This document shows, in pieces, positions 1 through 13,473 of a stretch of 64,000 nucleotides of DNA. The notes beneath the pieces were generated by a model that did no database searches, had not been told where the DNA came from, and saw only the letters and a program-made list of their open reading frames with translations. Origin of the DNA: Phoronis australis. Taxonomy: Eukaryota > Animalia > Phoronida. A program made the position numbers and the translations under genes. Position 1 is the stretch's first letter, and each line of letters begins with the position of its first letter. Where the stretch lies: assembly GCA_002633005.1 (NCBI GenBank), contig NMRA01000503.1:1-64000 (forward strand), read 5' to 3'.

Positions 1-28
1 CCGTTGCCGTTGCCGTTGCCGTTGCCGT
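1..28. repeat. (CCGTTG)n hexanucleotide microsatellite, truncated by window start
   Basis: ccgttgccgttgccgttgccgttgccgt is read directly. Confidence 0.9.
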
Positions 29-41
29 TAAATTTGGGCCA

Positions 42-790
42 TGTAAAACTCGCGCCTAAAACAAGGCATAGTGATAAGATTTAACAAAACTTAACTAATA
101 CTATAACTATTTCAAAATAAAAACCCTATCACTGCACGACTGCGTGTTGTATGGACAAAGTAACTTACTCGACAATGTTTGTATTTTAGAAGGAATTGTG
201 ATATCGGATTTATTCATACCACAGGCAAGGACTTCAAAACAGGTTAGTACTTTTCTGTGTCCGTTGCCCGATATCCTGCTATGTGTGTTAAGCAATGTCA
301 TGGCTGTTCCGTGAATCTTTTTGATAACTGTGTACAGAAACCTGTTATTTATTGATGTCGTCCAGTGGAATATCCTTGGTGTGACATTTATTTAGTAACC
401 AACGTACATTTCGAAGGTTTTGACGGCATTCACCTCGTGTTGAACCCAGAACGTCCAGTCCACCATATGCATGCTTTGTTCCAACATAAACCCAGGCGAC
501 TGCTTGGTTGATACTCGATAGAAACATGTGGGTATGATATGATACGATAATTTTTATTGCAGATATATTTTGAGTAAATGTAAACACCATCAAAGTTTGA
601 CCGTGTAAAACTCACGCTTAAAATTAACATTGTGATAGATTGAACAAAAGTTAAGCAATACTAACACTATTTTAAAATAAAAACCCTATTACAAACTGCA
701 CGACCACGTGTGCGGAATATAGAAGGAAACTTGAGATCGGATTCATTTATACCACAGGCAATGACATTGGAAATTTCATTGAGGTGACAT
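42..790. repeat. Diverged two-copy direct duplication, ~560 bp period
   Basis: tgtaaaactcgcgcctaaaa...ttcaaaataaaaaccctatcactgcacgac (42-140) matches tgtaaaactcacgcttaaaa...tttaaaataaaaaccctattacaaactgcacgac (604-704). agaaggaa...tcggatt...ataccacaggcaa recurs at ~189 and ~721. Confidence 0.75.
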
Positions 791-3700
791 CAAAACAGGT
801 AAATACGTTGTCGTAAGGTCGATTTACAATAATGAGCCTCAAAACAGTACACAGAGTACCTTCAAATTTATAAAAAAAGTTATAAAACGCTTGAACACAT
901 AAAGATATGAGATATTGAACATGATCAAATTCCACCAGTCGGCGCGTGCTATGCATTGGAACACAGAAAGAGATAAGCAACTGATTCTTGATAGGGAGAC
1001 TAAACATATGGTATTTTCTAATTACTCAGAAAGCTTGAACATATAGTTTTCTCCGTTACCGTGAGATGTCACAGTCATCCATAATATGGTATCACCAAAT
1101 GTTCCATCTATTGCACAGCCTTTAAAGGTTCACCATATTGATAGAAGTACGTAACAATTAACTTTTAGAACACATGCATAACAGTGATATTCAAGTTCAT
1201 TTGGTAAACCATAGTGTCCACATTCTGCAAGAAGTTTAAAAAGACCGTCAACTGAGATCAAGAACAGAACAAGATCATGGTCATACATATTATGATTGAT
1301 ATATGCAGGAGATATTACACAGGCGATTAAATAGTCATTCAAAAATGATCTAAGTCCATCCATGTCCTGTTTGAAACTACTTCATGGAAGAGCAAAAGCT
1401 TCTCGAAAGGATCCAAAAAGTTTGGCAATGGTCAGTGAGCTGTTGCTTTTATTAACATTTTTAGTTTCCTGGTACTAAAAGTGTGCTGCTCCCCTGTCAA
1501 TGACTTTGCATAACTAATTTCTGGTCTCATAGATTGTCGAACTAACTAGCATTCTTTTCAGTCGGATTTGTGAACCTTTGGCTTGACAGGACCTTGTCAA
1601 AAAATTCTAATTTGATGTATTATAGGCGTTATAATACTTGAGAACCTTCAGAGTATCGAGCTGTGTCTTATATATACTAATGCAGTATGAAACGTAAGCA
1701 ACATTACTTTATTTCTTCCGTTTTGGATATCCGTAGGTCCCAACGTATCGTGGGTATGGGTATGGCGTGTAAATAGATAAAAACGTGTATTAATAAAATT
1801 TTCAAACAGTCGACAAATCAATTGTTTTCAATACTGCTTCAGCTTGTGAAATCTACAAAGGAATTCAATTAACACCATTCAGCATGCATTTTGGGGTCTT
1901 GAACGTAACTTGGGTTCAGTCATGCCGTTGTTTTAGTATGTTAGGGCTTGTATTAGTGTGTTAGTGCAGTTGTCAGTCGGGATTAGAAAGAGCGCTAGCG
2001 TCTGCACAATTGTACCACCAAGACCTGCAACAAATGTCTAGTGTAATAGATTTGATGGATGTATAGAGATCTATTTATTTAAAGTACATGTGCGTCATCA
2101 CATCCAAACACTAATACTTGAGTACAACCCAAAGTACAACAAAACTAGTCAACCCTTAAGAACTATTACAATAATCTGGAAACCACGCAGTTGTCACCGG
2201 TGGAGAGCTGTAAATGCAAGACCCAACTGTTATCAATAACATAATTTAATCAGCATTATCGTCCTTCATGTATCTGGAAAGACAGCATCTCACAGCGTGC
2301 GCTCTCACGGAAGTGCAACTTACGGGTTTTTGTTACCTTTCCGTCTCCGCTTTTATTTTGTGTCGGTTATCGGCGACATCTTAGGTTCTCTTCCAGTGGT
2401 AGCGAGGTCAGGGTGCTGCTTGTTCAGGTCCTGTATGATCCTAAAAAAGTCTATATAATATTTCTCTCTCAGTTTGAATATTTAAATTCATCTCAGAAAT
2501 AGCTGTTTACATTTGTGTAAAACATTGAAATACCAATATTTAAACACAGTTCACAAAACGAAAATGAAGTGATCATATTTTAGAACATGAAGAGTATTTC
2601 CTAGATCACTTCTGGAAAATTTAGCATTTAAGTAAATTCGACCTTGTTATTGTGACTGCTGTTTTACTATCAATGAGCTCTGTCTTTTGCTAAATACTAT
2701 GATTTTTGAGAGAATGTGAGCTGAAACCAGGTGAGAAAGAGTGTAAATGAAAAAGAGATGCCTGAATGACTGGCGAGTAGATGTTTCATTTTACTTTTCC
2801 ATGTTAAACAAACTCGCATGCAGTCGAAACAAGTAAGTTTCAGGAGATTTACAGCTTAGCAGCAGCATACCGTTTGTCTCTGGTGTCATTAGTGTAAGTG
2901 GGACTGCAGCACATTTCGTACCATGTCACTGTTCTCAGCGTCAGATCTTGCAGTGGATCGACGAAAGGCCAAGTCGCTAAAAATCTACAATGAGGTTAAA
3001 AGGAAATCAACACGTCCGAAGTAGTAAAACCTATATGTCCTCAAATGAAAACTAAAAATGAGGAAAGGTATTACCTAAGGTATAAATTCACGGTTTTTAG
3101 TCTTCAAATTCGAAGATCAACACAAGTCCTAAACCCCATTAGTTCGAAAGCTAAAAGTTCAAACTTTCAAGACACGAGGTTCCGAACGGCGATTTCGAGC
3201 AAAATATTCGGTAATTTGGAAGCACATGCCTGTTTGACACTAGTTCTTCGAAGAGCCTGTGCCTCTTGAAAGGAGACGAGCAAAGTGGTTACCGCCACTA
3301 AAGTTTTGCTGTTCCGCTGCTGTTGAGGTTTCTGGTATCATAAATCTTGAAACCAGTTTTGATCTAACTAGCTTTCTTTTCTGTCGGAGTTGTGAACACT
3401 TGGCCAAATAGGGTCTTTTTAAAAACTTTCATTTTCCGTATCATTGGGTGTCAGGACTTGAGAACCTTCAGAGTGCCGGGCTGCATCCAAAATATATAGT
3501 GGCATTAAACGGAAACAACGTTAGTTCACATACATAATTTTCGTCTTAAATCCGTCGTCATCCGTTTTGGTTATCCGAGGTTCACAGCGTATCGTTGAGG
3601 TACGGTTATACCGCGTAAATAGACAAAAACCTGTATTAATGAACTTTTCAAACAATCGACAAATCAACAGTTTTCAATTTGCCACTCGGAGATCAATTGA

Positions 3701-6700
3701 AAAATCCTTGTCTCTACGCCGATAGAAATCGGTCACGGGAACCATTGTTCATCTCCATCTGGTTGTGGCATCTCCAGAGGAATTCAAATAACACCATTCA
3801 GCACGTATTTTGTGACCTTGAACGTCCTTTGGATTAATTCATGCCGTCTTTCCTGGTATGTTAGGGCAATTGTTGGGCGGGATTAGAAAGTGCGTTAGCG
3901 TCAACGCGAAAGCACAAGCAAGAAAAATAACAAACGTCTAGTCCAAGCGAATTGTAAATACAATTGACAAATTGGCAGATCTATTCATTATAGTAAATGT
4001 GGGTCATCACGGCCTAAGCATTAATACATGAGTAGAACCAAGGGTACAACTAAAATGCAGGCAACACTTGAATTCCATTACAACGAAATGGACACCAAAC
4101 AGTGGTAACAGGTGAAGATCAAAGTGTTATCAATAACTACAGTTACCCCTATCGTGCTTCATGCATCGGGTAAGACAGCACCTCATGGCATGTGGCCTGA
4201 CGCAAGAGGCAACTTCCGGGCTTTTGTTACCTTTCTGACTATGGTGTCTTTTTGTGTTAGTGGCTCAGCGACATGTTTGGTTTGTTGCCAGTGGTGGATC
4301 CTGCTTGTTCAGATCCTGTATGACCCTAAAAGAAGTGTTAAGTACATTTCTCAGAAATAGCTCTTCAGATTTATGTGAAACATTCAAATACTATTATTTA
4401 AACGTCGTTCACAAAACGAAAATGAAATGATCATATTTTAGATTATTAACAGTGTTTCTGATACCACTTCTGAAATATTTTTATCAAATGAAATTCGATA
4501 TTGTTATTGACACCGTTGTTTTACTAATAATGTGCTTTTCTCTTTTGCTAAATTTTGCAGTTTTTGAGAGATTGTGCCCTGGAACCAGGTATGAAACAGT
4601 GTACATGAATAAAGACGGTGCCTGAATGAGTAGCGAATAGAATTTTCACTTCATTTTTCCGAATCAAACAAGTTGCACATAGGAGTACACACGTCCAGGA
4701 CGTTTACAGATGAACTGCACCACACCGCCGTTTGACTCTGATGTCTTTCGTCATAGTGGCCCTGCAACACATTTGATATACTGTCACTGCTGGCAACTTC
4801 AGATATCACACGTGGATGGTATATTAGTCAGCCAAAGTCCGGTTGTTGGACACTGGGACAAGTCGCTAAAAATGAACCCCTTGAAAGTGATAAAGCAATT
4901 CAACCTGAATTGAAATCTACAAATGAGAAGGTGTTTGGGCCGAAGGTATGAAATCACGGTATTCCTCGGTTTCAAGGTTAGCTAGACCAAGAATCCATAA
5001 ATCTGAATATCCACTGAAGTCCAAAAGCTTATCATTTTCAAAAGTAAACGTTCGATCTTTCAGGACACGAGGTTCTAAAAAGTGATTTCGTGAAAAATTT
5101 TGGAGTTAGTTTCTATACACGTGCCGTTTGAAACTAGTGATTCGAAGAGCCAGTGCTCCTCAATGGGATCCAAACAAATTTTGTCAATGCTTACTGAGCT
5201 GCTACATTTAGTTACATTATCAAATTTTGGAATACAGCCAGTAAAATTTTGCTGCTCTGTTGTCAGACCTCGTCAATAGTTTCAAGTAGACCTTCTTTTT
5301 GTTGGATTTGTGAACCTTCGGACTCAAGGTCCTTTAGAAAACATTTTCATTTGTCGCATAATTTGCCTTCTAACTTGTACACCTTTGGAGTATCGAGCTC
5401 TATCCTATTTATACCAATGCATTATGATTCGCAAGCAATATTAGATTTCCTTCTTAGCTTTAGTATTCGGTTGTGAATTTTCTTCTTCCATGCTTCTTCT
5501 TCCGTTTTGGTTATCCGTGGCTTGCAGCGTATCGCTGTTGCGTGGGTATGGCGAGTCAATAGACAAAGAAACATGTATTAACAAAATTTGTGTGACCTTT
5601 TACGTTATTTGGATTTATTCATGCTGTCTTTCTGGGTACGTTTGGGCTTGTGTCAGTAGGTTAGTGTAATTGTTAGTCGGGATTAGAAAGAGCATCAGCG
5701 TCAACGCGAATACTCGAGCAAGACAATTAACAAACGTGTGGTGCAAGCGAATGGTGATAGATTTGGTGGATGGAGAGGTGTATCCATTTGAAGTACATGT
5801 GCGTCTTCACGAACCAAACACTAAAACCTGAGTACAATCCAGAGTACAAGTAAAATACAGCCAAAACTTAAAATATTTTACAACGACGCGACCTGGACAC
5901 CACACAATTGTCATAGGTGGATAACTGTAACTGCAAGTGCCACCCAGACTAAAATATTATAAATAACAAATTAAAGCTATACACCACTGTCGTCTTTCAT
6001 GAATCGATAAGACAGCAACTCATGGCGCGCGCCCTCACGAAAGAAGTAGCTTGCGAGACGTTTTTACCTTTTCCACTCTGGTGTTATTTTGTGTTCGCGG
6101 TTCTGCAACATCTTTGGTTCACTGCCAGTGGTGGCAAGGCCATGGTCTTTGTTGTTTGAAGCCTGTAAGACTCTAGAAAAGAACGTCTACATTTCTCCAA
6201 CGTTTGTATCTCAGAAATGACAGTTCACATTGATGTAAAACTTTCAAATACTATGATTTAAACACCGTTCAGAAAACGAAAATGATAACAGCATATTTTA
6301 CAACTTTAACAGAGTTCTGAGATGACTTCTGGAACACCTTCATTAAATTAAATTCGATCTTGTTATTGATACCATTGTTTTACCATTAATGTCCTAAGCT
6401 AAATTTTACGGTTTTTGAGAAATAATTTATTGTGCCCTGAAACCAAGTGTGAATTGATGGGTCCTAGAATGCACATACGGTCAAAGCATGTAACTTCCAG
6501 GATGTTTACAGCTTAATGGCACCATACTTTTTGGCTATGGTGTCATTCGTGTATGTGGTCCTGCGGTTTCATCCCACTGTTCTCGACGTCAAATTCCGCA
6601 TGCTAGTGGTATATTAGTCAGTCCAAGAAATTTGGCGAAGTCTCTAAAAACCTACAATAAAATTCAAACAAAGTCAACCCCTTGGAGGCAATGATGTTTT

Positions 6701-7311
6701 TAGGTTTGTTAGGACTGGCATTAGTATTTAATGGAATTGTTGGCGGGATTAGAATGTCCAAGCGAATGAAACTATAATTGATAGATGGACAGATCTACAG
6801 TCTATCTATTGGAATAAATGAGCGTCATCACGGCCAAAGCATTGATGTATGAGGAGCACCCAGAGTAATTACAACTAAAATACAGCTAACACTAGAAATG
6901 TATTTCAACGACCTGGACAGCACAATGTTGTAACAGGTGGAGAACTGTAACTGCACGTGACAGCCAGTCCAAAATGTTCTCAATAACGAAAGTAACGCAC
7001 CTCAGTCGTACCTTGTGTATCGGGTAAGACAGCATCTCATGACGTACATCCTCAAGGAAGAGGCAATTTCCTGGATTTTTTACTTTTCTTATTCTGGTGT
7101 CATTACATGGTTCAGCGACATTTTTGTTCGCTGCCAGTGGTGGCAATGACAGCGTCCTGCTACTTCGGATGCTGCGTGGCCCTAGAAAGTGTCCACATTT
7201 CTCTAATTTTAAAGGTTGATATCTTAGAAATAGTAGTTCAGATTTTTGTAAAATCTCCCATGTTAATGGTATACTGGTCAGCCAGTAGTTTGACGAAAGA
7301 ACAAGTCCCTA

Positions 7312-9012
7312 AACAAGAGCAACGCGGAGCGATGAAATGCGCCCACGAATGCATCGCAAATGGTGTGCTTTTAGGGTTATTTATTTGTATCATAAAAATG
7401 GCCACTAGATGGCGCAAAAACGTACAATCCATCCAAAAACGGGAACATGCCATATTGCATAAAAATCTGTCAAGGAACTTCAGAGAAACAAAGGAAAACA
7501 GAATAACATGAAATTGCCACTTGTGGGCACAGCGTTCGTTGGATCCGGCTGAAAGTCGTCGTCTGTTGTTATGTTCATATAAATACACTAAATTTAATAA
7601 AGATCCTGAAGTGAGTTTAGGAGATATCGCTATGGGCGCAAAACAGAACATAACTACCAATAGGAGGTGCCACACTAGTCCGTTGCCATCATCAAACGTA
7701 TACGAAACGAAAACATATACGACAATTTTCAAAACTATCCCTAGAATGATTTCGTTGATAGAGGGGTGGACGCCAAAAACAAGATTTGAAAACAGCAAAA
7801 ATGGCCAATAGGTCGCGCAAAATACCTCAATTCCATCCAAAAACATAGATGCCTATATTTAGAACTTTATCAAAATCTGTTGAGGACCTTTGAAGGTACA
7901 GACTGGTAAACGTAAAATAATAAAATTGCCACTAGGGGGCACACCAGTAGGCTAGTCAGATCCGTCCGAAAGTCGTCGTCGTCCGTTGTCAACATCATAT
8001 AAATACACTCGCTAGATTAAGTAAAGATCCTGCAAACGGTTTAGGAGATACAGTCATGAGCGCAAAAACAAACAAAAGTGCCACTAGGAGGTGCCACAGT
8101 AGTCAAAGTCGTCGGAAAATCATCGCCAGCTGTCCCCTTTATAGTACATGCCAATTTTCACAATTGATCGTGAAAGCTGTTTCGTTGATAGATGACTGGA
8201 CGCCAAAAACAGACTCGAAAACAGTAAAAATGGTCACTAGATGGCGCAAACTAGGTCGAATCCATCTGAAAACGGAGAGATAGCGTCACTTAATTAATAG
8301 ATGCGTGTATGCCAAATTTTATGAAAATACGTTGAGGACGTTTGAACACCGTGTTTTGTGGCACAGAGGTAAACGTAAAAAATAAAATTGCCAGAAGGTG
8401 GCACACCAGTAGTCAGATCTGTCCGAAAGTCGCTGTCTTCCGTCGTCAACATCACATAAATACACTTACTAAATTCATTAAAGATCCTGCGAACGGTTTA
8501 GGACATGCAGCCATAGGCGCAAAAAACTGCCACTAGGAGGCGCCATAGTAGTCGAAGTCGTCGGAATATCATCGTCATACATGCCAATTTTCACAATCAT
8601 CCTTTGAGCGGTTTGGTTGATAGAGGGGTGGACGCAAAAAACAAACTCGAAGACACCAAAACATGGCCACTAGGTGGCGCAAACTACGTCGAATCCATCT
8701 GAAAACGGAAGGTTAGCCTCATCTCACTGATAGGTCATGTGCCTATGTACCAATTTTTAAATCCGTTCAGGACTTTTGAAGTTACAGAGGTAAACGTAAA
8801 AAACTAAAATTGCCACTAGGGGTCACACCAATAGTCGGATCCGCCTGAAATTTAGCTCATGCCGTCCCATCCACGGAAGAAACACATGTGCAAAATTTCC
8901 TTAACATACGTCCAGGCGTTTTGGAGCGCCGGGACGCCGGACGCCGGCCTCCGAACGGATGGACGGAGATGACGGCATAATGAGTCCACATATAAATACG
9001 TTTGCGCATAAA
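7312..9012. mobile_element. Non-autonomous Helentron/HINE-like element with internal ~430-bp higher-order tandem repeat
   Basis: It interrupts the array unit at caagtc(g/c)ctaa^aaatcta(c/t)aat; the empty site is visible at ~2971-2992. The insertion is in an A/T run with no TSD. It starts aacaagagc, carries internal repeats, has a GGAC-type microsatellite at ~8930-8968, and ends ...gcgcataaaa. The family assignment is inferred from architecture. Confidence 0.7.
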
Positions 9013-10486
9013 ATCTATAATCAGGTTCGAAAGAAGTTAATCCCCTCGAAACAATGAACCCATATGATCTGAATTGAAAACTACAAGTGAGAACAATTGT
9101 GGGCGGAAGGTATGAAAATACGGAATTCATGGCTCCGAAAGTTTACAAATCGACAAATAAACAAATCCGAAGATCAACACAAGTCTGAAAGAATATTGGT
9201 TGTTTTACTATCGGTCTTATAGGGCTGTTTTTAGAAACGTTTTATTTGCCTGATAGGGTATTTTAAAAAATCATTCAATGTTACATAACTTGCCTTCAGG
9301 CTTGCGAACCTTCGGAGTATCGAGCTCCATCTTATTTATACTAATGCACTATGACTTGCAAGCTACTTTAAATTTCCTTCTTAATTTTAGTCTTCGGTTG
9401 TTAATTTTCAGTCTTTCATGCTTCTTCTTCCGTCTTGGTTATCCGTGAGTCGGACCGCATCGTTGTGGCGTGGGCATGGTAAGTAAATAAACGAAAACGT
9501 TCATTAATAAAATTTACAAACAATCGATAAATCAACTATTGTTTTCAATTTGCCATTCGGAAACTAATTCAAAAATCCTTATCCATGCCACGGTAGTAAT
9601 CGATCACGGGAACCACTGTTCAGTTCCATTTGATCTTGGCATTTGGAGAGGAATTCAAAAAACACCACTCGGCATGCATTTTGTGACCTTGAACGTCGTT
9701 TGGATTTATTCATGTTGTATTTCTTGATATGTTAGGATTGGTGTTAGTATGTTAGTGCAATTGTTAGTCGGGATTAAAAAGAGTGTTAGCGTCAACGCGA
9801 ATGTACCAGCAAGACAAGTAACAAACGCTTAGTGCAAGCAAATGGTAACAGATATGATGGATGGAGAGCTTTATCTATTCGAAGTACATGTGCGTCATCG
9901 CAACCCAAACACTAATACTTGAGTACAACCCAATTATCTGGACACCATACATTTGTCACAGGTGGGTACCTGTAACTGTAAGTGTCAGCCAGACAAAAAT
10001 TTATCAATAACGAAAGTTGCACACCTCTATCGCCCTTCATGTATCGGGTAAGACAGGATCTCATGGTGCACGCCCTCACGTAAGAGGCAACTCCTGGGAT
10101 TTTTTACCTTTCCGACTCTGGTGTCATTTTGTGTTGGTGGTTCAGCGACATCTTGGCCGGGTGCACTGCCAGTTGTGGCGAGGTCCTGTATGACCATAGA
10201 AAAAACGTCAACATTTCTATAACTTTGAAGCTTTAAAATCGTGTACATTTCCCCAACTTTGAAGTTTTATATCTCAGAAATAGCTGTCCAGATTTATGTA
10301 AAACTTCCAAATCCAAGGACTTAAACACCGTTTACAAAATGAATTCAAAATAAAATCATGATATTTTAGAACATTAACAGTTTTTTGAGATTACGTCTTG
10401 GAACATTTTCATTAAATGAAATTCGAACTTGTTATCGATACCGTTGTTTTGCTATTACTGTGCTTTTCTTTTTCGCTAAATTTTAC

Positions 10487-11466
10487 TTAAGGGAAATATT
10501 CTTGGGAGGCAATCATTATGAATATCACACAAGTTAAAACCGAAATTTCAAATTTTACTTGGGTTTCTAGTTTCCGATAATATAAACATCTAAGGAGTTA
10601 AAATATTTAATTTTGTAAAAAAAATTAGATAAAATCGCATACTTGGCAATAAAGTCCAATCTACCTTCGAGGACGAATTTAACATACATGAGCCGAGGTG
10701 AGTGTATTTCATATTGTGAAGTATACATTGAAAGAAATTTGGTTAGGAAAGTAAAAAGATGCCCCAACAAACTTGTAACTGAAGTGTAAAACATTTTAAA
10801 TGCTTTTTTCTCATGAAAGTTGAACGGTAATACACTTTTCAACTCTGTTGTCAGTCGTATTAGTAGTACTGCAGGAACTTTTTGATGCACTGCAACCCGT
10901 CGTGACGTCGTGGTCTTGTATGGTCCCGTAAGGATGATAAACCTTATATTGATGATGTCAACCAATCCACTTTCTGTCACCTGCTTTGCATCTTTAGTGT
11001 CAATCTTCCAAAATAAAAGCAGGAACCAACTGAAAAAACTTATACTTCCTATCTCATACATTGCACGTTGTGGTCCTTAACGGGTGGTCTTTTCCAAAGG
11101 TGCTGTGTAACTTGTTAAAAGCGTAGGTCACGCTTGCCCGTTTAGCAGAATTTGTTAAAGTTTTCAAAATTTCCTCCAGACTTTTGAGGGTTGGCGATAA
11201 GCTACAAAGCATTATTTTGTTTCAGATAATTGGATGGGGAAAGTCGTTTTTAGTATGTGTAAGTAGGTCAAAACCGAGTTTGGTATCCTTTTAATGATAA
11301 ACAAAGCCCAGCTATTTAACAAATGACAAAATCGCTCAAATAATATACAGCAATTAAGACTAAATGTAGTTCACTTCCGAGAAGGAATATGATACAAGCG
11401 ACCCGAACTGAGAGCCTATATTGTATTTTATATTGACAAGATCTCCCAGTTATACAATTACCAACA
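10487..11466. mobile_element. ~1-kb unclassified insertion within an array unit
   Basis: The unit sequence gctaaatttt..^..tttttgagaga is contiguous at ~4548-4571 but is split by this block. It begins ttaaggg, and terminal similarity is weak (tgggag / ctccca). Confidence 0.5.
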
Positions 11467-12650
11467 CAATTTTTTTGAGAGACTGCACTGAAACCAGTTG
11501 TGAAACCGTGTACTTGAATAAAGACGTATTCCTGAAGTAGATTTTTCACTTCGCTTTTCCAAATAAAACAAGTGATTGATCAAGTTTTGATGGCTCAAAT
11601 AAGTACACACATGTAGTCAAAACTGGTAACAGCCAGGATACTGATTTACAGCTGAACGGCACCATATCTTTGGCCCTGGTGTCATTCGTGTTAGTGGTCC
11701 TTCTGCACTTTTGGTACACTGTAACTGCTCGCGACGTCAGGTGCCGTGGGTAAATGGTACACTATTCAGCCAAAGTCCACTAGTTCGACGACTTGCCAAG
11801 TCGCTAAAAATTGCACAATAAGAAGTGATCAACCTTATATGACCTGAATTGAAAACTTCAAGTGAGAAAGAATGTGTACAAAGTTTATATGAAATTAAGG
11901 TATTCATGGGTCGCAAGGTATGCAAGTCTAAAAATCCATCTGAAAACTTATCCACACAATTACGAAAACCCACCGAAGGTTATAAATTTGAACTTTCATG
12001 ACACTAGGTTCCGAACAGTGATTTTGAGCAAAACGTTCACGGATTTATTTGCACACGGCTGCTTGAAACTAGTTCTTCGAAGAGCCTGTGCCACTCAAAA
12101 CGGGATCCAAACATGAAGTTGGTCGATTCACCGAGTTGCTGTAGTTATTTACATGTTCGAAGTATGGTTTATCGCCGCCAAAATTTTGCTGCTTGGCTGT
12201 CGTTGACTTTGAATCGCTGGTTTTTAGCATCATGGACCTTCGGACTAGTTTCGAACTAACTAGTTTTTTCTTTCTGTCGGATTTGTTTACTTTCGGCCTT
12301 ATAATGCCTTTTTATTCATTTGTGGTATTATGAAAGTTCGAACTTGTGAACCTTTGAAGTTTCGAGCTGTACCCAAGCAACGTTAGATTACATAAACCCC
12401 CTGTTAGATTATCTTCTTAATTTTCGTCTTCCACCTTTCTTCCGTCTTGGTTATCCGTGGTCGCAGCTTGTCGTTTATGTACGAGTATGGCGTGCAAATA
12501 GACGAAAACGTGCAGTAATGAAATTTACAGACAATCGGCAAATCAACTATAGTTTTCAAGTTGACACATCGAGATTAATTGAAAAAAAAATCTACCAATC
12601 TACTATCGATCACGGGAACCATTGTTCTGATCCATATGATGGGGGTCATC

Positions 12651-13308
12651 CTGATGTGTTCCTGTTTTATGCATACCTGGATTCTACATATGCACGTGTC
12701 CCGGGTTCGGTATGACCAGTTTTCATTGGGCGGAGTTCTGTTTGTCCTGGTGTGGTAGCTGTGATTGTCCCCCTGCAGAGAATGTTCTAGCTGCATGTAT
12801 TTGAATGCCGGTGTACTGGCACGTTGATCAGTGGATTAGCCGGATGCTTCATTCAAATACACGCAAGCCGGACAATTTCTCCAGGGGGACAATGGCTACT
12901 TTCACACCGAGTTCTATGTGTCATTGGCCAGTGCTCGATGAGCAAAAAAAATTACAATACCCAAGTTCGCCGTTTGCGACCTAGCCGAAATCTCACGAAA
13001 ACTAAAGGCGCATTTTCAAGAAGTGAGCTAGCATTCCAAAATTCCAGGGGGCATTGCTTTATCTGACAACGACCAGAATCCAATGCAACTAAGGAGAATG
13101 CATAAAAAATAACACGTTACTTTATTACTTGTTGAACTTATGCCCTAAATCAGGATCGAAAAGCACCTGACAACTGTCATGTGGGCCTAAATGGCAAGTT
13201 TTGCTAAAACTTGCACACTCGTCCGCTTAGCGTCTGGACTATTACACGAAACATCGGGACACAAAAACCCGGGACAGATAGGATCCGGAGTCCATAAAAC
13301 GGGACGCA
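12651..13308. mobile_element. MITE-like insertion with degenerate long terminal inverted repeats
   Basis: Left end atgtgttcctgttttatgcatacctggattcta...tgtcccgggtt matches the reverse complement of the right end, atgcgtcccgttttatggactccggatccta..tgtcccgggtt. The array unit resumes at ttaggg (~13311). Confidence 0.6.
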
Positions 13309-13447
13309 TGTTAGGGCCCTAGTTAGTATGTTTAGTACAATTGTTAGTCGGGATTAGAAAGAGCGTTAAATTCAGCAAGTCAAGTAACAAACGTCTAGTG
13401 CAAGCTAATGATAATACATTTGATAGATGGATAGATATATCCATTTA

Positions 13448-13473
13448 GTAATAATAATAATAATAATAATAAT
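13448..13473. repeat. (TAA)n microsatellite
   Basis: taataataataataataataat is read directly. Confidence 0.85.

Noticed and set aside
3160-3190. TGA shared by several array copies (NLVS*K), suggesting recoding or an alternative genetic code
   Set aside because: The same frames also contain TAA/TAG and frameshifts; shared ancestry of non-coding DNA explains it.
7238-7846. 202-aa minus-strand ORF and overlapping plus-strand ORFs
   Set aside because: They lie in a tandem-repeat element, have no recognisable domain, and the frames are not kept in sister repeats.
7399-8826. Regularly spaced short repeats resembling a CRISPR array
   Set aside because: The intervening sequences are homologous to each other (higher-order tandem repeat) and ~120-140 bp long, there are no cas genes, and the context is eukaryotic.
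9660-9700. Minus-strand HAE motif (GHKMHAEWC) suggesting an APOBEC/AID-like deaminase in the array unit
   Set aside because: There is no downstream PCxxC, the frame has stops in all copies examined, and a 3-residue match is expected by chance.
10567-11061. 164-aa ORF inside the 1-kb insertion
   Set aside because: It has no recognisable motif, and its F/L/I/K-rich composition is typical of chance ORFs in AT-rich DNA.
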